Part shown: positions 1 to 14,780 of the stretch, in pieces
Layout: each line of letters starts with the position of its first letter
How positions within the stretch are numbered: position 1 is the first letter of the stretch
From: Octopus vulgaris
Taxonomy: Eukaryota
NCBI GenBank assembly: GCA_951406725.2
Contig: OX597824.1
Span: 95,852,001-95,916,000, forward strand
Direction: 5' to 3'
DNA: 64,000 nt
Notes under the pieces: generated by a model
What the model was told of the DNA's origin: nothing
Databases searched by the model: none
Seen by the model: only the letters and a program-made list of their open reading frames with translations
Position numbers and translations under genes: made by a program

Positions 1-310
1 TTTCGGAGTCGATAAATTAAGTACCAGTAACGCACTGGGGTCGATGAAATCGACTTAATCCGTTTGTCTGTACTTGTTTGTCCTCTCTATATTTAGCCCC
101 TTGTGGGCAGTAAAGAAATAAGAAGAATCGTTAGCACGTCGGACAAAATGTTTAGTGTCATTTCTTCTGACTGTTTACGTTCAGTGTTCAAATCCCGCAG
201 AGGTCAACTTTGCCTCCACCCTTCGGTGTCTGTAAAATAAAGTATCGTTCATGTATCGCGAGCAATGTAATCGACTTGTCTCCTCACCTCAAATTGCTGG
301 CTTGAACCCT
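1..310 (+). mobile_element. SINE family B: 3' part of a young long-tail copy (1-123) fused to an old diverged copy (124-310)
   Basis: Matches the copy at 59833-60065 (ggggtcgataaattaagtaccag...gggcagtaaagaaataag), followed directly by gaatcgttagcacg...gttcaaatcc of a decayed copy. Confidence 0.85.
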
Positions 311-428
311 GAAACAGGTCGACGTCCAGTTCAAAGGGAATGTTTTGATCTTCGGCCATTTATACACCACGAAAACCTGGCAACCGTTCTTACGAGTCCC
401 AAGGCTCCAGAATAATTTTAGCCTAGAC

Positions 429-647
429 CATTGGTTTTCAACCAGGGTTCCACGGAACCTTAGAGTTCCACCAGTACAGTCCAGGGGTTCCGCAAGAAGT
501 TACAAAACTGCTAAAATCGGCAGCAATTTTTAATTCTCCTGTGCAGGTATGTGTGCATAAGACTATTAAAATATTGCACAGGGGTTCCTCGAGCCAGTGG
601 AATGTTTCCTTGGGGTTCCACTCCAGCAAAAAGTTTGAAAAGCACTG
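429..647. mobile_element. hAT (Charlie-like) MITE
   Basis: Imperfect TIRs cattggttttcaacc / gtttgaaaagcactg; perfect 8-bp TSD GCCTAGAC at 421-428 and 648-655, with the CTAG core typical of Charlie targets. Confidence 0.9.
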
Positions 648-779
648 GCCTAGACAGCATTTCGTCCTCGTTTTCAGCTCGATCAGTGTTAAACTGGGGT
701 TAAACAACAGCAGCAACATTGCAGTCTTTCAGTTTTAGCAAAGTACATTTTATTCAGATAAAGTTCACAAAATGGAATA

Positions 780-1000
780 AATTATTTATGACGAGGGAAA
801 AAGTAGGTGTCTAGCATTTCGGGCGGAACCTTTTCGTCGGAGAAAAACGAGTTGTTTACCGATATTGGATAAATAAGTTAAGGGTAGCGAGAGGGAGAGA
901 GGGAAAAAATTAGTAGCGAAGAATAAGAGGGGGAGGAAAAAGGGGAGGTAATAAGGGAAAACAATTGTTAGTTGAATACAAAGGTCAAAGCGTGGTGAAT
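780..1000 (-). mobile_element. Penelope-like terminal fragment with degenerate hammerhead core
   Basis: Minus strand 845-805 reads ccgacga-aaaggttccgccc-gaaa-tgcta (CUGANGA..GAAA with one substitution), preceded by a pyrimidine-rich tract like other fragments in the window. Confidence 0.35.
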
Positions 1001-1359
1001 ATCAACAGAATCTCTTTCCGTCTTCTGCTCGCCCCCACCCCCACCCCCCGGGCCTGTCACAGTTAACAGCTCGTAACTAACTGCTCGACCCCCATTTGTG
1101 TGATTATTACAAGCCATGCTGAAGGCTGCTGTACGATGTTTTACATGTCCCTGTCATTCCACCTGCCAGCCAAACCGACCATCAAGCCAGTAAGGGAGCC
1201 TCTACGTGGTCACACGAATTGCTAGAAATATTAGCCAATTTTTTTCTCAACTGTGTCAATGAAACCGGGAAACCGGCCCTTATGAGCCACGCAAGGCTCG
1301 AGAAGGAACAAACAACGACATAAAAAAGACTGGATCTCTAGACCGAAATCTAGATAGGA

Positions 1360-1516
1360 CGACGGGCTTCTTCGCGATTTCCGCTCAGCAAATTCACTCA
1401 CAAGTTATTGGTCAGCCCGAGGCAGAAGACACTTTCCCAAGTTGCCGCGTTATGTGACTACACCCGAAACCACGTGGTTGCAAAGAGAGCTCCTTAACTA
1501 CACAGCTATGCCTGCA
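1360..1516 (-). mobile_element. SINE family A, diverged 5' fragment
   Basis: Similar to the head of the 15962-16358 copy (cgacgggcttc..cactcacaag..agaagacact..accacgtggttg). Confidence 0.75.
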
Positions 1517-1759
1517 CTCCCTGCCCCTTTTCCTAATTCTCTTTATCTATTTGTCCTTATATAAAAAAAAAAACCACCACCATTTTTTCCCTTCCCTCCT
1601 CTTCTAATCTTATCTTCACAGGCTCCCCTCTCTACTGACTCAGCTAACGCAAACGCACACAATCGTCCGACGCCATTTGCACGTGTTATGTCATCTAACA
1701 AAACAACTCCTAAACGCTATTGTATCGACAGTCAGTGGCTTGTTGTTTGCCTTTGCTGT

Positions 1760-1985
1760 TTAACCCCAGGTCGACCTTGATCGAGCAGAGAGGCCTTTGA
1801 TCAAAGACGTTCGAGCCGTAATCATTCTACCCTACCTTTTTTTTATGCTTTAGCACAGTGTATCCAGAACTACACCATCCTGGATACACATGCTTGTTTC
1901 GTTTATGGCAATTGGGTATGATTTAAGGTACATTTGGCTGCTTCTTCTAGAAGGTTAAAGGACCAGGTGGGAGCCCCGTCTCTAG
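1760..1985. repeat. Unclassified interspersed repeat (family D)
   Basis: Shares tgatcgagcaga..tgatcaaag..gatttaag..atttggctgct..tctag with 50590-50765; its terminal motif (ctagaaatagcagccaaat-like) recurs at about 1215, 34250, 43835, 55730 and 59125. Confidence 0.55.
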
Positions 1986-2231
1986 CATGGTGACTGGTTT
2001 GGCTGCTGGCAGGTGGAATGACAAGGACATGTGTGACAGCCAACAGCACGGCTTGTAATAATTATATGAACGAGGGATCAAGCAATTAGCTGTGAACTGT
2101 TGTGTGTGTCAGACAGGCTGGAAACGAGCAGGGGACGACGGGTTCACACGTACACGGGGAACTGTTTTCTAAAAGGGGAGCACGTGCTACCCGTTTCTAA
2201 GAAACCTGACTACAGTATTTTCTTTTCTTCA

Positions 2232-2599
2232 ATTTGTTTCAGTCAATTTGACTGCGGCCATGCTGGAGCACCACCTTTAGTCGAGCAAATCGATCCCGGG
2301 ACTTATTCCTTGTAAGCCTAGTACTTATTCTATCGTTCTCTCTTGCCGAACCGCTAGCTGACGGGGACGTAAACACACCAGCATCGGTTGTCAAGCGATG
2401 TTGTGGGGGGACAAACACAGACACAAAAACATACACATACACACACATATATTATATATATACGACGGGCTTCTTTCAGTTTCCGTCTACCAAATCCACT
2501 CACAAGGCATTGGTCGGCCCGAAGCTATAGTAGAAGATGCTTGCCCAAGGTGCCATGTGGAACCATGTGGTTGGTAAACAAGCTACTTACCACACAGCC

Positions 2600-2602
<3 letters not shown>
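2232..2602 (-). mobile_element. SINE family A (tRNA head + CORE-like domain + internal microsatellite)
   Basis: Near full-length reverse copy of 15962-16358 with a small head deletion; followed by (TA)n 2604-2667. Confidence 0.9.
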
Positions 2603-2671
<69 letters not shown>

Positions 2672-3676
2672 TTCTTTTTCTTGAAGACGGGGCTAATAGT
2701 CTGAAAAATTATGATTCCATTTCATACACTTTACCGAAATATGTACCTAGCACTTTATTTGGCAGAGTAGCAATAAGCAATTATGCTCTACATAGTTCTG
2801 TCACGCTGTTTACCAACATCACCAATGTTCAGATGTTTGTAGCGAAGTGCATAAAACAGACATAACAAATATATGTATATATATATTATATATATATATA
2901 TATATATGCATGTATGCATGTATGTATGTTTGTGTATGTGTATGTGATTTGTAGCTAAGAAATGAGAAAACCCTGTTATATAAACTTTGTGTTATTCAAT
3001 ATGCAAAAATATTTTAGACTAAAGCAAGCGTGCAGACATTTTGGAACGGTGCCAAAATTCTTTCTGTGCATGTTTAAAACAGCTGTGTGTTTTTATTCTA
3101 TCAAATGTAATACACCTTTGCGTTTGTAATTTCCTCAAAGCACTCTTCACAGTTGGACCTTTCTCGGTTATTCGCATATTTTCCCTACTAAGTTTATTCT
3201 ACCTCTATGGAGTAGATATGCAAATATCATTTCCACAACGACTTAATATAAAGACGGTCTCAAAGATTATATTTACAGCTGTCTTAATCGCGAATGATTC
3301 ACAGAGCTTCTTTTTGAGTTGCGATTTCTTCGTTAAACAAACTTTTCTCTGTCTTTAAGATGAGGGATTTCATTCGTGAGTGGATGTGTGAAGCAGTGAC
3401 CGAGACAAACTTAAGTACATTTCAAATGATTTTGAGAAATATCTGAATATGTAAAAGCTTGTCACTGCAGTTCGTCATGGAGAAAAACATTCTCGATTAA
3501 GACAAAAAGGTGTCAAAATACCATATCCAGCGCAAAATTCTTTCTGTTGGATAGGTGAAGGCATTTCGAAGTTTTAGTTCTCTTCAGCACCAGATACCAA
3601 AGAGAGATATCGTTGATCCAACTAGGAAACGGAGCTTCTTTTAAAAGAAATCAGTCAATACCATTGAATGCCAGTA

Positions 3677-3890
3677 AAGCGGTGAGCCGGCAGAATCGTT
3701 AGCACGCCGGACAAAATGCTCAGCATTATTTCGTCCGGCTTTATGTTCTCAGTTCAAATTCCGCCGACATCGACTTTGCATTCCATTCTATCGGGATTGA
3801 TAAGATAAATAACAGTTAAGCACCGGGATCGACGTATTCGACTTACTCCAGCTTTTGAAATTACTGGCCCTGTGCCAAAATTTGAACTCA
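3677..3890 (+). mobile_element. SINE family B
   Basis: gcggtgagccggcagaatcgttagcacgccgg head, B-box agttcaaattcc, conserved core ccattctatcgggattgataa. Confidence 0.85.
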
Positions 3891-4139
3891 GTATTATTGA
3901 ATAATAGTCCTAAATCTTGGGCGAGTTTACCAACAAACTGAAAAGTTATCTGTTATCAGCGGTTCAGTTGGCTGCCTTAATGTCAATGATTCAGTCTGGA
4001 CATAATTTACGTTGGCGGTTCAACAAATAACCTTTATAAAGCTAGCGTGATGTAGCATTTTAGTAAAAACGTAACACCCTTTGCTCAACTGGAGTTTATT
4101 TTAAAAGTATTTTAAAAAAATCTGCTGACGCATTCAGAC

Positions 4140-4260
4140 TAGCGCCTCTTTCCTGATTGCTTTAGTCACAATGTTTTGGCTGCTGTACCTTCCAGCCTTC
4201 TTCAAGTGCCTGTAATATTCGTTGACATTCTTGAAATTTCTACCTGAAACCTTTATTAAG
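4140..4260 (-). mobile_element. Penelope-like fragment with degenerate hammerhead core
   Basis: Minus strand 4210-4160: cttgaaga-aGGCTG-gaaggtacag-CAGCC-aaaa-cattgtg; stem II intact, two core substitutions. Confidence 0.4.
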
Positions 4261-5125
4261 TCCAATGATATAGCTGGGCTGAGGCATGGGGGGCAGTTCA
4301 CCACGGGCTACGTTTTTATGGGGGCAGCACTTTTGGATTTTCTGCATGTGCCAACATAGAGGACGAGATTGAGGCAACAAACTCAATGCCATAAGCGGTA
4401 CAGTCTACCTACGCTACCTGGGTAAGATTGTTAGAATCTTTTCACTTTCATCGGCAGATCGAGAAATTAAGTTTTTGTAGCTAAACACTTTCAAACTTCG
4501 GACACTGGTAGAATGTGTCATATAAAACATCTTTTACTCTTAGCGTTGTTGAGAAAAGTTTCTATTTACGAATTAATTTCACGTTAAAGTTGTCCTATTT
4601 GAGTAATTTCAACCAATCAGTGACGTGTATTCAGCTGAATAAAATTGCTGCCGTTGTTTGTAAAAATATCTATCGGCGGTGTATATTTCGTTTGTCACTG
4701 TTATTTATGACATCGTTCGAACGAAATACCGTGTGGTTAGTAAACAAGCTACTTACCACACAGCCACTCATGCGCCTAAGACACTTGCCCAAGCTGCCAT
4801 GCAGTGGGACTGAACCCGGAACCAATACGTTTGGGAAGCAAGCTTCTTACCACCCAGCCACTCCTGTGGAGCAAAAATATGATAATCTGATTCCAGTGCC
4901 ATTTTTTTAAAGAATCTCATACTGGCAAAGTATGATGCTATCATAATGGAGTCTATCTTGATATAATTTTTTATTAATTAAACTTACATTAGTTTGATTG
5001 AATAGAATTATGCAATTATATTCTATTTTAGTTGTTAACTGAAACAATGGCACGTGATGAATGCCTCCGTAGGAAAAAAATGTTATCAATTGAGATAATT
5101 AAATTGCTGCTATTGAAACACTATA

Positions 5126-5172
<47 letters not shown>

Positions 5173-5309
5173 TTAATATTCGTCTCTTTCCAAATAAATA
5201 AATCAATTTCATCCTGTGTGTGAGATCGGCACATTTTGCATCGAGGGCAGAATTCTGAATTTTTGTATGTGTGTGTGTGAGTGTAATATTTAATATTCTT
5301 CTCTTTCCA

Positions 5310-5845
5310 AGGCGGCGAGCTGGCAGAATCGTTAGCACGCCGGGCGAAATGCTTAGCGGTATTTCGTCTGCCGCTACGTTCTGAGTTCAAATTCCGCCGA
5401 GGTCGACTTTACTTTTCATCCTTTCGGAGTCGATTAAATAAGTACAAGTTACTCACTGGGGTCAACCCGGGAACTTATTCTTTGTAATCAAAGTACTTAT
5501 TCTATCGGTCTCGCCGAACCGCTAAGTTACGGGGACGTCAACACACCAGCATCGGTTGTCAAGCGATTGTTGGGGTGGGGGCAAACACAGACACACAAAT
5601 ATATAAACACACACACACACACACATACATACATACATATTTATATATTTATATATATATATATATACTATGGGCTTCTTTCAGTTTCCGTATACCAAAT
5701 CCACTTACAAGGCTTTGGTTAACCCGAGGCTTTAGTAGAAGACATTTGCCCAAAGTGCCACGCAGTGGGACTGAACTACATGTGGGACTGAACCCGGAAC
5801 CATGTGGTTGGTAAGCAAGCTACTTACCACACACCCACTCCTACG

Positions 5846-5848
<3 letters not shown>
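5310..5848. mobile_element. SINE family B (+, 5310-5465) joined tail-to-tail to SINE family A (-, 5463-5848)
   Basis: ggcggcgagctggcagaatcg...ctggggtcaa runs straight into cccgggaacttattctttg of a reversed family A copy. Confidence 0.85.
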
Positions 5849-5898
<50 letters not shown>

Positions 5899-6234
5899 AT
5901 ATATATATACACACACACACACATATATATATATATTCACACACATACATGTAATGATATACGAGCTTAAATGTACGTATACATACACTTACGTACACAC
6001 ACACACACACAAACAAACAGACAAACAAGCACTAAACCAATGGAATTTCCATGGATAACTTAACCAATTACAAGATTGTTAGAAACTGACAGAAGAACCA
6101 TGAAATACGTAATTTCTTTTGAAATTGCACTTAATACAACGTAATAATCCATTATATCAATAACAGATTATTATGTCTTGGCTACTGTTCCATAGTTTAT
6201 CAGTCAATTGCAGTAAGATTGATATAAATGTTGT

Positions 6235-6343
6235 GCATGTATATATATATATATGTACATACACATATACATACATACATACATATATATACATACAAAT
6301 ATATATATATATATACACATACATACATACATACATACATACA

Positions 6344-6379
<36 letters not shown>

Positions 6380-6747
6380 TATATATATCTGTTTCAGTTA
6401 TTAGACTGCGGCCATGCTGTAACACTGCCTTGAATAACTTTTGGTACTAATCTTTTTTTTTAAGCCTGGTACTTATTCCATCGGTCCCTTTTTGCCGAAT
6501 CGCTATATTACAATCCAACACCGGTTGTGAATCGGTGGTGGGGGACAAACATAGACACAATGACACACACACACACACATACGGATAAACATACAAACAT
6601 ACATACATACATACATACATACATACATACATACATACATACATACATGCATACACACACACACACACACACATACATACATACATACATACATACATAC
6701 ATACATACATACATACATACATACATACATACATACATACATACATA
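6235..6747. repeat. (TA)n/(TACA)n microsatellites with a family A SINE 3' half (6390-6600, minus)
   Basis: Directly visible simple repeats and the tgtttcagt..actgcggccatgctg tail motif. Confidence 0.9.
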
Positions 6748-7386
6748 GTGTACCGGTTCCATGATGGTAAGATCAACAAAAAACGTACTCAATCTGGTGA
6801 AAGATGATATTTTTTAAGAGCCACAGTATATATTTTTAGGAGCTACTAATGGTTTCATGCGATGAAAAACAATTCAGAGAGAATTTTTTAATACGTCTAA
6901 TGCCTTTACGTAATCCCCAGACCCTGCTCACATAGCATATCAGGCTAAAACAGGATGATATCGTGATGTTTTAGCTTTTCATGCCATGTGGGCAGAGAGC
7001 CAGAAGATTGCTTGAAGACACCAAACTTGTTATAAAATGCCCGCTGGGATGTTTTTCATCACATGAAACTTATTTGTAGCACATAAAGTTATATATTGTG
7101 TTTATTAAATCATGTGTGTGTTTGTGTGTGTGTATTCTTTTATGCTTTTACTTGCTTCAGGTATTTGACTGCAGCCATGCTGGAGCATAGCCTTGAAGAC
7201 CCCAGGGCTTTTTCCAAAGTGTAGTATTTATTCTATCGGTCTCTTTTGCCGAACTACCAAGTTACGAGAACATAAACACACCAACATCGGTTGTCAAGCG
7301 ATCGCGTGGGTACAAACACTGGCACAAAGACACACACACACATACATACATACATGCATACAGACATGCATACAGACATACATATA

Positions 7387-7426
<40 letters not shown>

Positions 7427-7469
7427 TACACACACACACACACACACACATGATAGACTATATCTTTGA

Positions 7470-8100
<631 letters not shown>

Positions 8101-8230
8101 AATCAATCAATATAAGGGTAACAAAAAATTCAAGAAAAATTTTCTGTCAGAATTACTACTATTTCTTGCGGTTTTGAGCTTAGCTGCTCTTTTCAAGTGA
8201 GTCGAACGACCTTCTCAGGGTCATTCCTTA

Positions 8231-8236
<6 letters not shown>
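8101..8236 (-). mobile_element. Penelope-like fragment between two (TA)n tracts, degenerate hammerhead
   Basis: Minus strand: cttgaaaa-GAGC-agctaa-GCTC-aaaa-ccg; (TA)n on both sides. Confidence 0.4.
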
Positions 8237-8272
<36 letters not shown>

Positions 8273-8567
8273 TATATATATATATATTATATAGATATAT
8301 ATTATATGTATATAGATAGATATACTTGTACATACACACATGTATATGTTTAAAGATTAGCACTTGTTCACCCCGAATGTGTGGGCCAACAAATGCGTGC
8401 GTGTAGATACAACCCCACTCCAAGCAACTTATGATTTGTAATACATACATACGTATGTATGTATGTATGTCGTATGTATGTATAAAGAGAGAGAGAGAGA
8501 GGGAGAGAGAGAGAGAGATGTATTTATAAATATCCTGGAACATATATCTGAAAACGCGAGCATGCAC

Positions 8568-8697
<130 letters not shown>

Positions 8698-9114
8698 AAG
8701 TCGTGTGTGTGTGTGTGCATATGCGTTAGATATTTCATTCATTGACATTTACAAGATGGCCATCTGCTTTCTACTATCGCTCTGCCGAGTACCGGATTTG
8801 ATTATTCTACAGCTGAAATGTGAATGTAAACAGAAAAGATAGCATGGTAACAGAACGAAAATAAAAATGTGTTTATTTACTTTCAGGTCCTGAACTGAAT
8901 TTCCAAGATATTGACAACCCCGTCCCCCTCCTCTATTCACTTGGCCAGCCTGGTTCCATACCATCTGCCATAACCTTTTTTTTTTTTTGATTGGGAAATC
9001 ATCTATTTTCTACACAAGATATGGCTTCGTTTCCATTTTAAATTATAATTCTGTTGTCTTGCCCTCAATTATGTTACTCTGCTGTGTCTTGTTTAGGTTT
9101 GGTTGCCTATCATA

Positions 9115-9445
9115 GGTGCAGGCATGGCTGTGTGGTTAAGAAGCTTGCTTGGCCACAACGTAGCTTTTGGTTCAGTCCCACTGCACTCCATCTGGGGGTA
9201 AGTGTCATCAACTATAACCTTGAGACGACCAATACATTTTGAGTGAATTTGGGAGATAGAAACGCGGAAGGCCGTTGTGTGTGCGTGTGTTTATCTCCCA
9301 CTATCGCTTGACAACCGGTGTCTTTTGTTCACTTCGCGGTTTTGGCAAAAGAAACCGATAGAATAAGTCACAAACTTCAACAATAAATAGTGGGGTCGAT
9401 TTGTTCGACTAAATCTTTCAAGTGACTGAAGCAAATAAAAGATAG
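9115..9445 (+). mobile_element. SINE family A, diverged
   Basis: tggctgtgtgg A-box, ggttcagtccc B-box, tail gactgaagcaaataaaaga. Confidence 0.8.
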
Positions 9446-9798
9446 AAGGAGATACCATGTTGTTATTCCTACTTACCATCACATTTCCTCAATATTCTAA
9501 TCTCAATCCAATTCTCTGACGAACCACAGGCGAAACCCGTTGGCCCTGTTGTAATTGTCAGCCATAGCTATTAATAAACAATACTCTAAGTTTTTATTAT
9601 ATTGAGTGCTTTCTTAAAGACACGGGCTACACGTGTCTTACTAACAAATTGCTGTTATAAAATGTCAGGATGACCGTTCAGGAAGATAGCAAGGGCGTGT
9701 CGTTCTCCTTGCTTGTCTGGAACGTGACAGCGAGTGGTATACTGAGACACTCAAAATGCTTAGAGAAGCCATTAGGAGGTAGAGACCAAAAAATAATC

Positions 9799-10183
9799 CA
9801 GCGCTGGATGAACCATTAAACAAAATTAAATTACCACGTGCTTAGGGCCTCAAGAGAATGGAGGTACTACAGAAATGATAAATGGCTTATGGCACAAAAG
9901 AAATCATTTTAAGCTTGCTTAAATAATATTCGGGTTGCCTTACCTCCACTAAGTATGGAAGCAAATGTGTTGCGTAAGACTTTACAATTAAAAAAAGTAG
10001 GAAAAAACTCTTCAAATATAAATAAAGCGGAAATATACAGAAACCGGCATTATTTTCCATCTTGCTTTTAGCTTTATGTCATTTTGAAAAATAAAGAATG
10101 GTTTATCATTTTTTTTAATATATTTTCACTTGCGAGGGGGCACCAATATCTTTAAGGCTTCTATGGGTCTTAATCCAGCGCTG
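9799..10183. mobile_element. hAT MITE
   Basis: TIRs cagcgctggatgaac / cttaatccagcgctg; 8-bp TSD aaataatc (9791-9798) / caataatc (10184-10191), 7/8 identical. Confidence 0.85.
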
Positions 10184-10787
10184 CAATAATCTAAAAGCGA
10201 TCAAAATTCACCATGACAATGCGAAACAACAAACGCCATTGGCAACAAATTGAGTGGACCGCTCATTGGGCTGGTCAGTGGTCACCATCAACCGTACAAC
10301 CAGGGTCTGACAACCCCCGACTCTCACTAGTTCACTTTCAATGGGGGACAATGGAATGACACAACCAAAGTGAACGTAGTTGTGAAGAAGTGGGGACGAC
10401 AGCACACCTAATTTATTCCAAAGAGGGCGCGAGTGTCGGATACAAAAACATTGCATGTGATGGAGGCCATGTTGAATAGTAGCTCTCTACGGAGGAAGAT
10501 TTCTACTACCAACAGGTGCACAACTTAAAATGGACTGTGTCAGTTAATAAAAAAGTTAGGCCCACTCTTTGCATCACTTTCACAAGAACGCTCGCACAAA
10601 TGCATACACATACTCAAACAGACACAGATATATGTGCGTATACACACACCCATCTATCCATCCGTCTGTCTGTCTGTATGTATGCATCTAATTATGCATG
10701 CACATGTATATAAACATTTATGTTAATGTGCATATATGTGCGTGTACGTGTGGGTGGGTGAGGGGCACATACAAACATTGATATGCG

Positions 10788-10839
<52 letters not shown>

Positions 10840-11141
10840 GTATGTCTGTATATGTATATAGGAAATGTAATAACGCCATTGCTTAATATGGCACCTTGAC
10901 ACACATCATAAAGCCATAATGCTTTCATTTGAGCGGCAACAAGTTAAACTGTAAACAAACACGTGTTGTAGTATAGTCACGTGGCGTGAAAAATACACAC
11001 GCACATAAACATTCCACACTCGCATGTATGTGCACATGCACATTGTCGTGTGTGTATGTGTCTGCATGTATGTATGTATGTATGCATGCATGTATGCATG
11101 CATATATATTTACATATATGTGTATGTATATATGTATGTAT

Positions 11142-11760
<619 letters not shown>

Positions 11761-13418
11761 AAGAGTGAGGCAATTACGGACAGTTTTTTTTTTTTTTTTG
11801 TATAACAGTGTACATTTGGTGTACGTAGCTTCAATGTCAGGCGTTTGCCAATACAAATACTCCTGCTGAAAGAAAAACACAAAATTACACACGTTGTACA
11901 AGCGTGTAAAGACAGTTTGAACATTTCAACATTTCCCAACACAGTAGGATTGACATATCAACAGACAACGGGGACTATGCGTACTGTAAGCGCGATGGAA
12001 TGTCATAGAATGAATAAATAAATGAATAAATAAATAAAATAATGGAACCTGAGTCAAATCATTATCATCAGTAATGATAATAATGACGATAATACTGATG
12101 AATGATGATGAAGAAGAATGGGGATGAGTATAATGATAATAAATATAGTCGAAGCACAAAATGGAAGGAAGCAGACGACAGAGTCGTCTGCGTAGCATTA
12201 CATCATCGATTATGATAACAAGCTGAAAACGAACTCGTCAACAATATCAAGGCTTCGTCGTTACTGCACAACTGTCGTATATCAAACCATTCGTTGTATC
12301 CCTCGAATTCCCATAGTCGTCCTACAATTAATTACTTCTTCGTTAGTTTAGTGCATACGCTATTTATATATATCCTGCCTGGAAGAGCAACAGTTACATT
12401 GGAAAGAAGAAATAAATAAATGGATAAATAAGTAGATAGAAATAAAAATAATAAAAGACATACCTTACTGTCTTTCTGATTAAACTCTTTGATTTGGGGA
12501 CGAGATGATAGCAGCGTCCAGCAGAGTTGTAGGCGTTTTCCAGTTCGTGTATTACGACAGAAATTAATACGATTTGAAAAGTAAAAGCAAAATGTACCAT
12601 CCGATATTTATTGGTGAAGGAAGAGTCCTAACAGCAGGTGGTCATGTAGATATATATACATACATACATATAAAAATGTGAGTGTGTATGTGTATGTATA
12701 TATATATATATGTATATCAACAACGATTAAGTTGTGACCTGAAGTTTGATGGTGCTGCCAAATGACTACAAGGGAATTACGTACATTTCGATAAAGATGT
12801 TGTTTCTGCACGCTCTACACGACCGCCGCCAACACTCTGCTTCTTTACATCACCAGAGGAATGGCTAACTGCAAGACAACAAACATTACCACTACAATGG
12901 GATCCGACACACTGCTTGTTGTATAAAATTGTCCGGTTGCCAGATTTAGATTTCTATTCATAGTTTAGACAACCTCTACCAACAGACCACTAGATTTATC
13001 AGTCTTTTCATCTTTTCTTCTTTCTTTCTTTTCCTCTCTCTATTCCGTTTTTGCTCTATTAATACATCGGTTTCTCTTGTTTTCTTTTGTTGTTGTTGTT
13101 GTTGTCGTTCTATCTATTTACTTATTAGTCAATCTATTTCTCTTCCCTACCTCTTTATTCTACTCTTCACTTTGTAATATGGAGAAGAAGAAGAAGGAAA
13201 AAGAAGAAGAAATCGGCTTCGGCGTTAATAACAACCTGCCGGCAGACAAGAATAAATAATTGCCGCAGAAAAAGAGCTGAAACAGGTAGAGACGAGGCGG
13301 AGGAATGGCGAAGGAAAGTGAAGAATATAATTTCTACGAGAGTTGGAGGAAAGAAAAAAGTATGTAGCCAACAGGTAGTAGTAACATGGCACTCTGAAGC
13401 GAATAGCATTAAGTAAGA

Positions 13419-13527
<109 letters not shown>

Positions 13528-14111
13528 GTCTGCAATAGTTTAGTGCAAGGATAATGGTTAGAGAGTCGGAAGGTCAGTTGTAATATATAATAGACAGTAG
13601 TTCCAGGTTGAACTATGTAATAGGGTTATAAAAAAGAAAAGAAGAAAAAAAAATAGAAGCGTCGTAGACTAAGAAGAGGTTTAATTAGGTGGGCACCGAA
13701 GACGCAGGTGTTTGATGCTGCAGAAAATGTCGCGAAAAGAAAGGTGGGCATTAAATAGGATTGAGACGTTAAACACGAGAGCGCAAGAGATTATAATTAT
13801 GTGAAGTAAGTTGTCAACTTGCATAATGATGAAAGCAACGTATAATGAATAGCAACATGGATCTCCCCTCCCTCTCTCCATCTCTGTCTCTCTTTATCTC
13901 TGTCTCTCATTGTCTCTCTCTCCCTCTATTTCTCTCTGTCTCTCTTTGTCTCTCTCTGGTGCGTATATACTTACATTTATGTTAGTAGTTCTCTATCATT
14001 TGCATACATCTACACATATGCATATATGTATATATATGCAATATATGTGTGTATGCATATATATATATATACATACATACATGTATACATACATGCATGC
14101 ATAAATATATA

Positions 14112-14154
<43 letters not shown>

Positions 14155-14155
<1 letters not shown>

Positions 14156-14580
14156 CTCTTTTACTTGTTTCAGTCATTTTACTGTGGCCATGCTGGAGCA
14201 CCGCCTTTTAGTCGACCAAATCGATTCCAGGACTTATTCTTTGTAAGCCTAGTACTTATTCTATCGGTCTCTTTTGCCGAATCGCTAAGTTATGGGGACG
14301 TAAACACACCAGCATCGGTTGTCAAGCGATGTTGGTGGGGACAAACACAGACACACAAACATACACACACATACACGCACACACACTCACACATACATAC
14401 ATACATACATACATACATACATACATACATACATACATACGACGGGCTTCTTTCAGTTTCCGTCTACCAAATCCACTCGCAAGGTTTTGGTCATCCCGAG
14501 GCTATAGTAGAAGACACTTGCCCAAGGCGCCACGCAGTGGGACTGAACCCGGAACCATGTGGTTGGTAACGAAGCTACTT
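14155..14580 (-). mobile_element. SINE family A, head slightly truncated
   Basis: Reverse copy of 15962-16358 with an internal (TACA)n tract. Confidence 0.92.
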
Positions 14581-14780
14581 AGTGAGAATTTACTAAAAAA
14601 AAAGATAAATAAATAAAAGACGAAGACAGGTGTGTAAACAACAAACAGAGGTATTAGTTTAACACTCGGGAAGTAAGAGAGTCTTTTACATTTGGAGCCT
14701 ACGCTCTCCGTTAGAATCACAGAAATAAGCAGAGAGAGAAAATAAAAAATGGTTTAGTGACTAACGATCTGTTATGGCGA
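14581..14780 (-). mobile_element. Penelope-like terminal fragment (same family as 15790-15950)
   Basis: Reverse complement contains gagagcgtaggctccaaatgtaaaagact..actaatac..tgtttgtt..cacctgtcttcgtctttt. Confidence 0.6.

Noticed and set aside
2690-3640. Possible hAT transposase remnant
   Set aside because: Only vague similarity and short internal repeats; no diagnostic motif could be read.
14165-14569. Recurrent ORF peptides such as [14 protein letters not shown] and [29 protein letters not shown] seen at many loci
   Set aside because: Antisense translations of SINE family A, not a gene family.
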